The position numbers and the translations under genes were made by a program. From an uncultured delta proteobacterium (GTDB lineage: Bacteria; Desulfobacterota; Binatia; UBA9968), in assembly GCA_963804165.1 (NCBI GenBank), contig CAWDPO010000016.1, positions 64,001 through 128,000 on the forward strand: a DNA stretch of 64,000 nt, read 5' to 3'. Positions within the stretch are counted from its first letter, which is position 1; each line of letters begins with the position of its first letter. A model generated the notes under the pieces. That model was not told the DNA's origin. It did not search any database and saw only the letters and a program-made list of their open reading frames with translations. This document shows positions 39,405-49,337 of this stretch, in pieces.

Positions 39405-40306
39405 GCTCGACCTCCGAGACCGTAAATGTCGCGACCGTGAGCGTGAGCCGGCGGGCCGTCGACTTCTTCGAGCTGACCAAGCCGCGCATTGTTCTGATGG
39501 TACTCATCACGGCCTTTGTCGGTTATTACGCGGGATCGGAGCGCGTTCCCGACTATTTACGGCTGCTGCAAATGTTGATCGGTACAGCGCTCGCCGCCGC
39601 CGGCACGCTCACACTGAACCAGTTTATCGAGCGCGACCTCGACGCGATGATGGAGCGAACGCGCCGGCGGCCTTTGCCGGACGGTCGCGTGCAACCGCAG
39701 GACGCGCTCTGGTTCGGTATTGCCCTCGCGCTCCTGGGGCTCGGTTACTTAGCCGCCACTGTGAATGTATTAAGCGCTGCCGTGGCCGCGGCCATTACGA
39801 CGAGCTATTTGTGGATCTATACACCGATGAAGCGCGCGAGTTCGCTCTGCGTGCCGGTCGGCGCGATTCCCGGCGCCTTGCCGCCCGTCATCGGCTGGGT
39901 TGCCGCACGCGGGGAGCTGTCTGTCGACGCGTGGGTGCTGTTTGCAATCATGTTTCTCTGGCAAATCCCGCATACGCTGGCCATCGCTTATCTTTATCGT
40001 GAAGACTTCGCCAAGGCTGGAATTCAGTTTCTCCCGGTAATCGAGCCGGAGGGCGACAGCACCAAACGCCAGATTCTCATCCACTGTGGTGCGCTGTTAG
40101 TCGTTAGTCTTCTGCCGACACTGATCGGCCTCGCCGGACCGAGCTACTTCGTCACGGCTTTTCTGCTCGGCGCCGGCTTTCTCGCGAGCGGCATCAAGCT
40201 CGTCATCGCGCCCACGCGCGCGGGCGCACGCCGGCTCTTATTTGCATCGTTGATTTACCTTCCTGTGCTCTTGCTAGTGATGGCGTTGGATCGAGTGCCG
40301 ATATGA
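39401..40306 (+). CDS. cyoE: Protoheme IX farnesyltransferase (heme O synthase)
   Basis: ELTKPRI, DLDAMMERTRRRPLP, YTPMKR, WQIPH. Confidence 0.96.
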   Translation: MSSTSETVNVATVSVSRRAVDFFELTKPRIVLMVLITAFVGYYAGSERVPDYLRLLQMLIGTALAAAGTLTLNQFIERDLDAMMERTRRRPLPDGRVQPQDALWFGIALALLGLGYLAATVNVLSAAVAAAITTSYLWIYTPMKRASSLCVPVGAIPGALPPVIGWVAARGELSVDAWVLFAIMFLWQIPHTLAIAYLYREDFAKAGIQFLPVIEPEGDSTKRQILIHCGALLVVSLLPTLIGLAGPSYFVTAFLLGAGFLASGIKLVIAPTRAGARRLLFASLIYLPVLLLVMALDRVPI

Positions 40307-40428
40307 GCGTCAGGATTATGGAACCGCCGGAAGGAATTGGCGCGCGCAACCGGCGTCTCGGCTTCGGCTTGGCCGTTTTGGCCGTGTCGTATATCATCGC
40401 GGTGATCGTTTTCATCATTTTTAAATGA
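40303..40428 (+). CDS. 41-aa single-TM protein (CoxF-like small oxidase assembly protein)
   Basis: Manual translation MSVRIMEPPEGIGARNRRLGFGLAVLAVSYIIAVIVFIIFK; ATGA overlap with the cyoE stop; fills the operon gap. Confidence 0.7.
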   Translation: MSVRIMEPPEGIGARNRRLGFGLAVLAVSYIIAVIVFIIFK

Positions 40429-40444
40429 CACGACGGTTGAGTCC

Positions 40445-41110
40445 ATGGCTAAGAGTTCAACGGCGCGCAAACTAGACGACGCACTGCTCGTTGAAGCAGG
40501 CCGGCGGCCCGCGTTCGGTGGCGGCGAGCCACCGCCGCCGCCGATTCGCCCCAATATCCCGATCGCCAGCAACGCCTGGCTCGGAGTTCTAATGTTCTTG
40601 GGCGCCGAAGCGATGTTTTTTGCCGGCCTGATCGGCGCTTTTTTGGTTTTCCGCATCGCCAGCCCCGTCTGGCCGCCGCCCTTTCAGCCGCGCTTGCCGG
40701 TCGAGCTAACCGGAATCAATACGCTGATTCTTCTTGTCAGTGCCGTAACGATGAGACTCGGACTGAGAGCGAATCAACGCGGTGAGCGCGCACGTCTGGT
40801 GCGCTTGCTGTCGTGGACGGCGGTAGCGGGCACGATTTTTTTATTGATTCAGGGATTCGAGTGGTTTCGCCTGATTCAATTTGGCTTGACCGTGTCCAGC
40901 AGCGTCTATGGCGGTTTGTTTTACACGATCATCGGTTGTCACGGGTTGCATGTTTTCGGCGCGTTAATTTGGCTGGCCGTGGTCTGGCAAAAAGCAAGAA
41001 CGGGAAACTACACGCAGCAAAACTACGTCGGACTACAAACCTGCAGCATGTACTGGACTTTTGTCGTGGGATTGTGGCCGCTGCTATACGGACTGGTTTA
41101 TCTTTACTAA
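40445..41110 (+). CDS. coxC: Cytochrome c oxidase subunit III family protein (copy 1)
   Basis: FLGAEAMFF, NTLILLVS, QGFEW, GCHGLHV, MYWTFV. Confidence 0.92.
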   Translation: MAKSSTARKLDDALLVEAGRRPAFGGGEPPPPPIRPNIPIASNAWLGVLMFLGAEAMFFAGLIGAFLVFRIASPVWPPPFQPRLPVELTGINTLILLVSAVTMRLGLRANQRGERARLVRLLSWTAVAGTIFLLIQGFEWFRLIQFGLTVSSSVYGGLFYTIIGCHGLHVFGALIWLAVVWQKARTGNYTQQNYVGLQTCSMYWTFVVGLWPLLYGLVYLY

Positions 41111-41164
41111 TTCGAATGATTGACACTCCGAAGTCGATACGTTACTTTGCGGTGGATAATTCGC

Positions 41165-41452
41165 ATGTTCAATAAAATTGTTTTTGTAATCATTGCGGCG
41201 ACAGCGACGTTGCTGGTTGGAGCGACCGCTTCTTGGGCATGCTCCGTGTGTTTTGGCGGAACCGGCGACTCGGTTACCGATGGCTTCAACGCCAGTGTGC
41301 TATTTCTCATGGCGACGCCGTATCTAGTCGTTGGATCGATTGTCGGTGGGCTAATTTTTGCCTACCGTCGGGCGCTCAAGAATCGCGAAAACGTGGAGAC
41401 CGCGGAACCGATCGTTCACCTAGATTGGCATCAGGAGGACGGCAGTAGATGA
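41165..41452 (+). CDS. Small membrane protein with ACSVC motif
   Basis: Signal-like N-terminus, CxxC, one TM; stop overlaps the next start. Confidence 0.7.
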   Translation: MFNKIVFVIIAATATLLVGATASWACSVCFGGTGDSVTDGFNASVLFLMATPYLVVGSIVGGLIFAYRRALKNRENVETAEPIVHLDWHQEDGSR

Positions 41453-42057
41453 GTGAAGTTGCGGCAGCGCACGTGGAAGTAGAGCCCCAAGAATCGCCTC
41501 TGACTCCGGAGAATTGGGGCAAACTGGGAATGTGGCTGTTCCTCGCCGGCGACGCCATGTCCTTCGGCTGTTTGATCGTCGGCTACGGTCTCCTGCGTTA
41601 CGCGAGCTCCAAGTGGCCCGTGCCTGCGGAAGTGCTCGGCATCAATCTAACGGCGTTTATGACGTTTTTGTTGATCATCAGCAGCGTGTGGATGGTCCTG
41701 GCGCTGGCGGCCATTCAAGAAAACAACAAGGCCCGGTTCAATAAGTTTCTCGGGCTGACGATCCTGGGCGGCGCCATGTTTTTAGGGTGTCAGGCTTACG
41801 AGTGGAACCACCTGCTCGCTCATCGGTTACCCGAGCTCAACATCTCATTTTCCAACGATCTCTTCGCAACGACGTTTTTTGTTCTGACCGGTTTTCACGG
41901 CATGCACGTGACCGGTGGAGTGATTTACAACACTTGCGTGCTCGCGGCGGTCAACCGCGGCCGCTATCAAGCGAAGCATGTCGAGATCGCCGGGCTCTAC
42001 TGGCACTTCGTCGATTTGGTGTGGATATTGATCTTTACGTTTGTTTATCTACTGTAG
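41449..42057 (+). CDS. coxC: Cytochrome c oxidase subunit III family protein (copy 2)
   Basis: GKLGMWLFL, QAYEW, TGFHGMHV, GLYWHFVDLVW. Confidence 0.93.
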   Translation: MSEVAAAHVEVEPQESPLTPENWGKLGMWLFLAGDAMSFGCLIVGYGLLRYASSKWPVPAEVLGINLTAFMTFLLIISSVWMVLALAAIQENNKARFNKFLGLTILGGAMFLGCQAYEWNHLLAHRLPELNISFSNDLFATTFFVLTGFHGMHVTGGVIYNTCVLAAVNRGRYQAKHVEIAGLYWHFVDLVWILIFTFVYLL

Positions 42058-42076
42058 TCTGTTTCGGGAGAGCGAG

Positions 42077-42355
42077 ATGTCATCGACCACACACTCGAGC
42101 GCTCAGTACATCAAGATTTTCTATATTCTCCTGGCACTGACCGTCATCGAGGTCGCTATAGTTTATATGGGATTGCCCAAACTGCTGCTTGCCGCCTTGC
42201 TGGTTATTTTCGCGGTGTGGAAGGCGGCTTTGGTGGCGATGCATTTTATGCATCTCAAGTTCGAGAAGAAAACCTTGGCGGTGGTGGCCCTGGCGCCGTT
42301 TGTTCTCTGTGTCTTCTTGATCCTCATGCTGTTGCCGGATATTTTTCCCCATTGA
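42077..42355 (+). CDS. Cytochrome c oxidase subunit IV family protein
   Basis: LLALTVIEV, KAALVAMHFMHLKFE. Confidence 0.9.
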   Translation: MSSTTHSSAQYIKIFYILLALTVIEVAIVYMGLPKLLLAALLVIFAVWKAALVAMHFMHLKFEKKTLAVVALAPFVLCVFLILMLLPDIFPH

Positions 42356-42780
42356 TTGCCATCTCCGAGCTTCCGAGTTTGAATGCGGCGCTGAATAGTC
42401 TCAGCGCCGTTTTTCTTTTTGCCGGATTTCTCTTCATCAAGTCGGGCAACCAAAATGCCCATCGAAACTGCATGTTGACGGCATTCGCCTGCTCGATATT
42501 GTTTCTGACTTCCTATCTCGTCTATCACTATCACGTCGGCTCCGTGCCCTTTAAGGGTCAGGGTTGGATTCGCCCCGTCTATTTCACGATTCTCCTGACC
42601 CATACGATCCTCGCGGTCACCGTGGTGCCGCTGGCGCTCATCACGTTGCGCCGCGCCTGGCGGCAAAACTTCGTCGCGCACCGGCGCATCGCGCGCTGGA
42701 CGTTGCCGATCTGGCTGTACGTTTCCGTCACCGGCGTGATCGTCTATTGGATGCTTTATTGGTTGGTGCCGTCCCATTGA
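42352..42780 (+). CDS. DUF420 family membrane protein
   Basis: LPSLNAALNS, AHRNCM, YLVYH, ILLTHTILA, HRRIARWTLPIWLYVSVTGV. Confidence 0.92.
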   Translation: MIAISELPSLNAALNSLSAVFLFAGFLFIKSGNQNAHRNCMLTAFACSILFLTSYLVYHYHVGSVPFKGQGWIRPVYFTILLTHTILAVTVVPLALITLRRAWRQNFVAHRRIARWTLPIWLYVSVTGVIVYWMLYWLVPSH

Positions 42781-42824
42781 CAGCGAAAAAGTCTTCGCGA
42801 TAGATCAGAAGACGTGGAGGGACG

Positions 42825-43625
42825 ATGAAATCCATTGGCATCGTAGGTTGTGGAGCGATCGGCAAGGCGCTGATTCAAGCGGCCGAAAGCGGCAAGCTTT
42901 CGGTGCGCATCGCCGGTATCACCAGCCGGACGGAAAAAAACGCGCGCGAATTTCTCGCAGCATTCAAAAATCCGCCGCCGTATTTGTCGTTGGTCGAACT
43001 GATCACGGGTGCCGATCTGATTGTCGAAGCTGCCGGTGGCGCTGTCGTCCCGGAACTGGCGAAGAAAGTCTTCGCGGCGGGCAAAGATTTGATGGTCATC
43101 AGCGTCGGCGCGCTGCTCGATCATCCCGACATCATGGCCGAATCACGGCGCACCGGCTGCCGCCTGCTTGTTCCTTCCGGAGCGATTGCCGGCCTGGATG
43201 GAATTAAATCTGCTTCCGTCGGTCAGATCACCCATGTGACGCACACAACGAGGAAGCCGCCGCTTGGCCTCGAAGGCGCGCCCTATCTGGTCGAACGCGG
43301 CATTTCGTTGAGCGGGTTGCAGGAGGAAAGAGAACTTTTCTCCGGTTCGGCGCGCGAGGCCTGCCGGGGTTTTCCGGCAAACGTGAATGTGACGGGAGCG
43401 GTCAGCTTGGCCGGCATTGGCCCGGATCAAACTCGCGTGCGAATATTTGCTGTGCCGGGGCTGACCCGCAATTGCCACGACATCGAAGTGGAAGGCGAGT
43501 TCGGCCGCCTGCATGTGCACATCGAGAACGTGCCCAGCGAAAACCCGAAGACCGGCAAGCTCACGGCATTGTCGATCATTCGCGCGGTTCAGGATGCCGT
43601 CGATACCGTGCGCATAGGAAATTAG
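42825..43625 (+). CDS. nadX: L-aspartate dehydrogenase NadX-like
   Basis: GCGAIG, VEAA, SVGAL, SGAIAGLD, TRKPP, FPANVNV, NPKTG. Confidence 0.9.
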   Translation: MKSIGIVGCGAIGKALIQAAESGKLSVRIAGITSRTEKNAREFLAAFKNPPPYLSLVELITGADLIVEAAGGAVVPELAKKVFAAGKDLMVISVGALLDHPDIMAESRRTGCRLLVPSGAIAGLDGIKSASVGQITHVTHTTRKPPLGLEGAPYLVERGISLSGLQEERELFSGSAREACRGFPANVNVTGAVSLAGIGPDQTRVRIFAVPGLTRNCHDIEVEGEFGRLHVHIENVPSENPKTGKLTALSIIRAVQDAVDTVRIGN

Positions 43626-43730
43626 AGGATCGAGGATGGAGAATTGAATATCGCGATTCGCTGTCCGTCATCTTCTAGCCTCGATTGGAATTGCGGAGAT
43701 CTCTCGCGCCAAGGCGCTAAACACGCCAAG
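43626..43730. repeat. Degenerate intergenic REP-like elements
   Basis: GAGGATCGAGGATGGAG...CATCTTCTAGCCTCG imperfect palindrome; CGCCAAG direct repeat. Confidence 0.35.
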
Positions 43731-43745
43731 TATAAAATCTAAGCT

Positions 43746-45341
43746 ATGAACAATAGCGACCTCATCGTTCGCGCGCTCGAGCGCGCGGGTGTGCGCTGGG
43801 TTTTCGGTGTGCCGAGTGGGCCGGTGCTCCCGCTGATCGAGGCGCTCAGGCAGAGTTCTATCGAGTTCGTTCTTACCGCCAGTGAAACATCGGCTGGCTT
43901 CATGGCTACGGCGGTGGGCTATCTTAGCGGAATCCCGGGCGTGTGCGTATCGACTGTTGGGCCCGGCGCAACCAATCTTACGACAGGCGTCGGCTGCGCC
44001 TGGTTAGACCGCGCGCCCGTGCTGGCGATCACTTGTAACGTCGCGACGCCGTGGCTCGGGCGGCGGATCCAAATGCGCGTCGACCATCATGCGCTGTTCA
44101 AACCTCTGACCAAAGCGACTTGGTCGTTTCAAGGCAATGCCGTCGATGAAACTGTCGCAAGAGCGATCGACCTTGCTTGCCAGGAGCCGCCCGGCCCAGT
44201 GCATCTCGATCTGCCTGAAGATGTCGCGCTGTCTGTCAAAACCGATTCGCCGACGCCATCGAGATCGGCAAGTCGTGTTGCGGACATGTCTGGCGAGATC
44301 GTGAAGACGTTGACCGAAAGGCTGGCGCATTCGCGCCGCCCGCTATTGGTCACCGGCTTGACCTTCACGCGCATTCGCGCGCCTCATGAAGTGCTCAAGT
44401 TTATCGAAAATCAATCGTTGCCGTTCGTGACCACGATGCACGCCAAGGGATTTCTTCCGGAAAATCATTCTCACTGGGCCGGTGTCATCGGCCGGGCGCG
44501 CCGCTCCGACGTGAAGCGGTTCACCGACCGAGCGGATCTGATCATCGCCGTGGGTTACGATCCGATCGAGATCAATTATGAGGACTGGGCTCGGAACATT
44601 CCCATCGTCCATATCAACACGGAAGCTGCCGAGCCGGGGGAAGATCTGAAATTTCTTTGGAACAAGCCCTGTGATCTCGATGCCGCGATTGAAGCGATCG
44701 GCGCAATCAAGGGTTGCGTCAACGACTGGTCGGCTCAGGAGTGGCAGGAACATCGCTCGTCGTTGGATAAGGCGTTGCGGCCGGGTGGCAGCGGATTCTC
44801 CGCACACCACGTCCTAGATGCCTTGCGTGCCAAACTGGCGGCGGACGGAATACTCGCTTACGACGTCGGCGCGCACACCCATCAAATCGCCTCTCAATGG
44901 CGCACTGATGTGCCGCGTACGCTGTTGGCGACCAATGGTTGGTCGTCGATGGGCTATGGCATGCCCGCGGCTTACGCGGCGAAGCTGGTTCATCCGGAGC
45001 GCGCGGTCGTCGCGATCGTCGGCGATGGCGGTTTTCAAATGACCGCGGGCGAACTGGCGCTGGCGCGGCGGCTGAATTTGGCGGTGCCGCTGATCGTGCT
45101 TAACGACGGCTGGCTCGGTCTCATGAAGGTAAAGCAGGAGCGAAAAAACTATGCTCTTTCCGGCGTTCGCCTCGGCGCACCAGCCGAATCGCCGGCGCAT
45201 TATTTCGGCGTCCCATGCCGGCCTGCGAAAAACCTCGGCCAATTCGGTGCCGCGCTCGACTGGGCGCTCACGATCAGCGGGCCGACTGTCATCGAAGCGT
45301 TCATCGACGCAGCCGCCTATTCCGCGACGGTCTTTGATTGA
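43746..45341 (+). CDS. Thiamine pyrophosphate-binding enzyme (acetolactate synthase-like)
   Basis: VFGVPSG, GPGATN, PGPVHLDLPED, SSMGYGMPAA, GDGG...LND. Confidence 0.92.
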   Translation: MNNSDLIVRALERAGVRWVFGVPSGPVLPLIEALRQSSIEFVLTASETSAGFMATAVGYLSGIPGVCVSTVGPGATNLTTGVGCAWLDRAPVLAITCNVATPWLGRRIQMRVDHHALFKPLTKATWSFQGNAVDETVARAIDLACQEPPGPVHLDLPEDVALSVKTDSPTPSRSASRVADMSGEIVKTLTERLAHSRRPLLVTGLTFTRIRAPHEVLKFIENQSLPFVTTMHAKGFLPENHSHWAGVIGRARRSDVKRFTDRADLIIAVGYDPIEINYEDWARNIPIVHINTEAAEPGEDLKFLWNKPCDLDAAIEAIGAIKGCVNDWSAQEWQEHRSSLDKALRPGGSGFSAHHVLDALRAKLAADGILAYDVGAHTHQIASQWRTDVPRTLLATNGWSSMGYGMPAAYAAKLVHPERAVVAIVGDGGFQMTAGELALARRLNLAVPLIVLNDGWLGLMKVKQERKNYALSGVRLGAPAESPAHYFGVPCRPAKNLGQFGAALDWALTISGPTVIEAFIDAAAYSATVFD

Positions 45342-45356
45342 GCAACGTGGCTTTCC

Positions 45357-46578
45357 ATGTCCGATTTCATCGCGCAGCGCGATCCCTTCCGCTGGACGAT
45401 TCTCGCGCTGATCAGCGCATCGCATATCGTCGGCGCGTCGGCGCAATACGGCATCAACACGCTCGCGCCATTTTATCAAGATGAGCTACAGCTATCGCGC
45501 GCGCAAGTCGGCCTTTTCTTCTCCTCCTTCTACCTGGCAATGACCGGCGCGTCTTTCGCCACCGGCTGGCTCGCCGATCGCTTTGGTGTGCGCAAGACGA
45601 CGCTGCAGGGACATTTGCTCGTGGGCCTATGCATTACTGCGGCGGCGCTGGCGCCGTCGTTCGCGACCGCCTGCGCATGTTTTTTCTTGGCCGGCTTGGG
45701 CTACAGCTTTCTCAACCCGGCGTCGACCATCGGAGTCATGGCCTGGTTCCGCCGCGACGAGCGCGCCACCGCGATGGGTATAAAACAAACGGGAGTTCCC
45801 GCGGGGGGCGTCGTGGCGGCGGTATTGGCGCCTTCGCTCGTGCTCGTGATCGGTTGGCGCGGCGCGTTGGCCGCGCTCGGGATCATCAATTTTTTCTTTG
45901 GTTTCTGTTTTCTCGTCGCTGTGGCGCGATCCGGCGGGCGACGGTGGCGATGCGGTGAAAGCTGCGGCGCCGGCTGCCAGCGGTCAAGATGCTTTGAACA
46001 TTTGGCGGCTGCTGCCGGTGAGCTGCGCCACCGCGCTCTATCTGGCTGGGCAGATAATCTTGATCACCTATGTTCCGCTTTTCTTGAAAGACGCCATGAG
46101 TATTTCGCCGTATTGGGCCAGCCAGGCGCTCGCCTTGACACAAGCGGGCGCAATGGCAGGGCGAGTCGGGTGGGGTGTCGCCAGTGATCGCCTATTCGGC
46201 GGCCGGCGCAAAATCGTCTTGATATTAATCGGTGTGATGTCGGTCCTGCTGATTACCGCGCTGAGCTTCATGGGGCGAGACTCGTCGACCTATTTGCTGC
46301 TACCGGTCCTCTTTCTCGCCGGCGTGTCGCTGGTCGGGTATCAGGGCGTCTCCTACGCGTTGATCGGCGAGATCTCCGGGAAATCGCGAACCGGCGCCGG
46401 CCTCGGCATGATGATTACGATCAATGCCGGCGCCGCGACTCTGTGCACGCCGGTTTTCGGATATATTGTTGATCGCACGGGCTCATACGTAGTGGCCTGG
46501 CAGATGCTCGCCGGCGTCTTGACGGTGGGGATTTTAGGGCTAGCTATCTTGCTCAAGGAGCCGAAGCAGGTTTCTTAG
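45357..46578 (+). CDS. MFS transporter, apparent frameshift near 45900
   Basis: GWLADRFGVR and GVASDRLFGGRR motifs in ORFs 45357-46187 and 45898-46578; the shift lies in a T-rich run. Confidence 0.88.
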
Positions 46579-46658
46579 CTGTGTTGTAACGCATGAGGGG
46601 CGACGGTGCGCACCCAACGTGATCAGTTGGATACCATTGGGGAACGCAGGGTACGACA

Positions 46659-46955
46659 TTACCACCGCACAATGTCGTAGGTTTTCACCTCTGTTTTTGA
46701 CCCTTTTAGCAACGCGTGCAAATGTTGCTGTATCGCTTTATGCGCCAATCCCGCTCGATAACCATCAATGTCCGCCTGATTCGTCCAAGTGCTGAGCGAG
46801 ACAAATTCGCCGGCGTTATCGCGATTTCGTATGAGCTGTTCACTGATGCAGCCCGGTTGACTCATCATGTGCGGCGCGCATTCATTTATCCATAACCGTT
46901 CGGCTTCCGCGGCCATTTCCACAGGTACGTTGACCAAAACCATCCGCATGATCAT
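46659..46955 (-). CDS. Antibiotic biosynthesis monooxygenase (ABM) domain protein
   Basis: QPGC...FVSLSTW...Y...H; GGAGG RBS. Confidence 0.8.
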   Translation of the reverse strand: MIMRMVLVNVPVEMAAEAERLWINECAPHMMSQPGCISEQLIRNRDNAGEFVSLSTWTNQADIDGYRAGLAHKAIQQHLHALLKGSKTEVKTYDIVRW

Positions 46956-47396
46956 AGGGCACCTCCCACCGCTTATGGTTGGCGCCGGCTGTCAGATCTA
47001 GGCGTCCCTCCTGATCAGTTGTCTAGGCGAATTTCTTAGGGCAACTCCTTTGCTCGCGCACGCTTGTCTACATCCCGAACGCGCAAGATCGAGGCCAATT
47101 GCATATCAGTTCGGTGAGGCGGCCGATATCGAAGAGCCTCCTCACAAACTCAAAACGCGTCGTGACACAAACCTTAGGAAAATCTGGGCGACCCATTTTG
47201 CGCAGAATGAAGACGATGGCCATTGACCGTGTCACCACGGCACAGGGACTACGCGGCGGCCCGCTGGTTGGAGGAAATATACGTCCGGACTAAGGAGACT
47301 TCCTACAAGAGAAGAGGCACGCGCCGGGCGCGCTCGCGTAAGCGAAAAAATCGATAGCTGTGGACCTGCGCTCGGTCGCGGATCGTTGGCAGGTGT

Positions 47397-48336
47397 GCCG
47401 CGCTTTCGATCACCGAGCGTGAGCTGCTGCCGGCTTTGGAACGGCTGCGCGCCGCGCTCGTGCGCAAGGCGGAGGAATTCGACGGCGTGATCAAGATCGG
47501 CCGCACGCACCTGGCCGATGCGACGCCGATGCGTTTGGGTCAGAATTCGGCGGCTACGCGCGTCAAATCGAGTTGAGCATCGAGCGCGTCGGGGACTTGC
47601 GGCAAAGGCTTGCAAGAGCTACCCCTCGGTGGCACGGCCATCGGTACCGGCATCAACGCGCATCCGCAATTCGCCGCACGAGCGATTGCCAAAATTTCTC
47701 AATTACTCGGGTTGCCGTTTCGCGAAGCGCAGAAGCCCAGGGGGCCCGCGACGCTGCCGTGCACATGAGCGCTAGTCTGAAATCGCTGGTCGTCAGCTTG
47801 ATCAAGATCGCCAATGATCTGCGCTGGCTCGCCTCTGGGCCGCGCTGCGGCATCGGCGAGATTCATCTTCCCGACACGCAGCCGGTGTCTTCCATCATGC
47901 CCGGGAAAGTTAACCCGGTGCTGTGCGAGTCGGTGCTTCAGGTGGCGGCGCACGTTATCGGTTGTGATGCGACGATTACTTTCTGCGGCCAAGCCGGCAA
48001 TTTCGAATTGAATACTATGATGCCGGTGCTGGCCTTGCGCCTGATCGAAGCAATTCAATTCAGCGCCAACGTCGTCAACGCATTCACCGAAAAATGCGTT
48101 ATCGGGTCGTCGCCGATCGAGCACGTTGTGAAGCGATGGTCGAGCAGAGCTTGGCCATGGTGACGGCCCTTGCACCGGCGATCGGATACGAAAAGGCCGC
48201 CAAGATCGCGCAGAAAGCGATGGCAACCGGTCAAACCATCAGAGAATTGGCGCGAGGGGAGAAAGTGCTCGATGATCAAGAGCTAGAGAGGATTCTCGAT
48301 CCCTGGCGTATGACCAAACCGGGGATCCCGGATTAA
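47397..48336 (+). pseudogene. fumC: Class II fumarate hydratase remnant (5' truncated, multiply frameshifted)
   Basis: [62 protein letters not shown] spread over several frames; no N-terminal third. Confidence 0.88.
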
Positions 48337-48688
48337 GTTAGGCTCGCCGAACCCGAGCTTAAAATTTCAGGGAAGTTTCTCGACCGGCTTCAGAGCATGG
48401 AATTGATTACATCTCGTGCGCGATTGGGCCCACGGAGTTTTGCCCCTGAAGCGTACAGGGTATAGAAAACCGGGTTAAGCGCAATTACAGTCTCCCCGGG
48501 GATCTCATCCCACATTTTTGCTTCACACGCCGGTGCTGGCCTTTGGTGGGATTGGTAGCTGGCATCCTCAAACCGCAGAAGGGAAAATCCATACATGTCC
48601 GGAAAAGTCCTACAAGACATTTCGGCTATATTTCACTGTCGACTTTGACTGCTTCGTAAAAACAATGGATTACGGTACCTTGCCCGCT

Positions 48689-48703
48689 TGGCACACGCCT
48701 TGA
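48689..48703 (+). promoter_or_regulatory. Possible sigma54 promoter (variant -12)
   Basis: TGGCACACGCCTTGA; -24 is canonical, -12 reads TTGA. Confidence 0.3.
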
Positions 48704-48894
48704 TTACACCTTAAGTATTATCGAAACTTCGTCATGCCCCGAGAGGGAAGTGGGCATGAAGAAGTATTTTACATTCACTTGCTGGCGAACGTAGCCTGCA
48801 GACGTTGTTAGTTGATCGGTCGTGCCCCGAGGCCGCCTTGGGTTAGTCGGTGTTGCACTGGATAATGAATCCTCACACGCTCTAAGGGGGTGCC

Positions 48895-49125
48895 ATGAAG
48901 AACCTAGCTACAATATTGGGAGTTGCGCTTATTATTCTTGGTGTCGTGGCGCTCGCTTACCGGGGTATCACCTATACGGAGCGCGAGAAAATCGTCGACA
49001 TAGGTCCCCTCCAAGCCACTGCAGATCGAGAAAAAACCATTCCGTTGCCGCCCGTCTTGGGAGGATTATCTCTCGTCGGCGGCATCGCACTAGTGATTGT
49101 CGGAACGCTCAAGTCTCGCTCTTGA
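48895..49125 (+). CDS. Small two-TM protein (DUF3185-like)
   Basis: GVALIILGVVALAY.GITYT.REKIVDIGPLQATA..EKTIPLPP. Confidence 0.8.
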   Translation: MKNLATILGVALIILGVVALAYRGITYTEREKIVDIGPLQATADREKTIPLPPVLGGLSLVGGIALVIVGTLKSRS

Positions 49126-49337
49126 GGCGCGGAGACGTCATTGAACGGATCTTGAGAGGTCCTCGATAACATTCGCGATGTTTTATCGTCAACTATGAAA
49201 AGGATCCGCGATCGTTCCTTAGCTACGCCAAGTGCCCAATTGTCGAACTGCGCGCGGTTTGGTTCTTCCGTCGAAGCTGCTTCAGCGCTGCTTGGACGCG
49301 GAGAGCCAGAAAGCAAAAAAAATCACGGAGAAATCGT

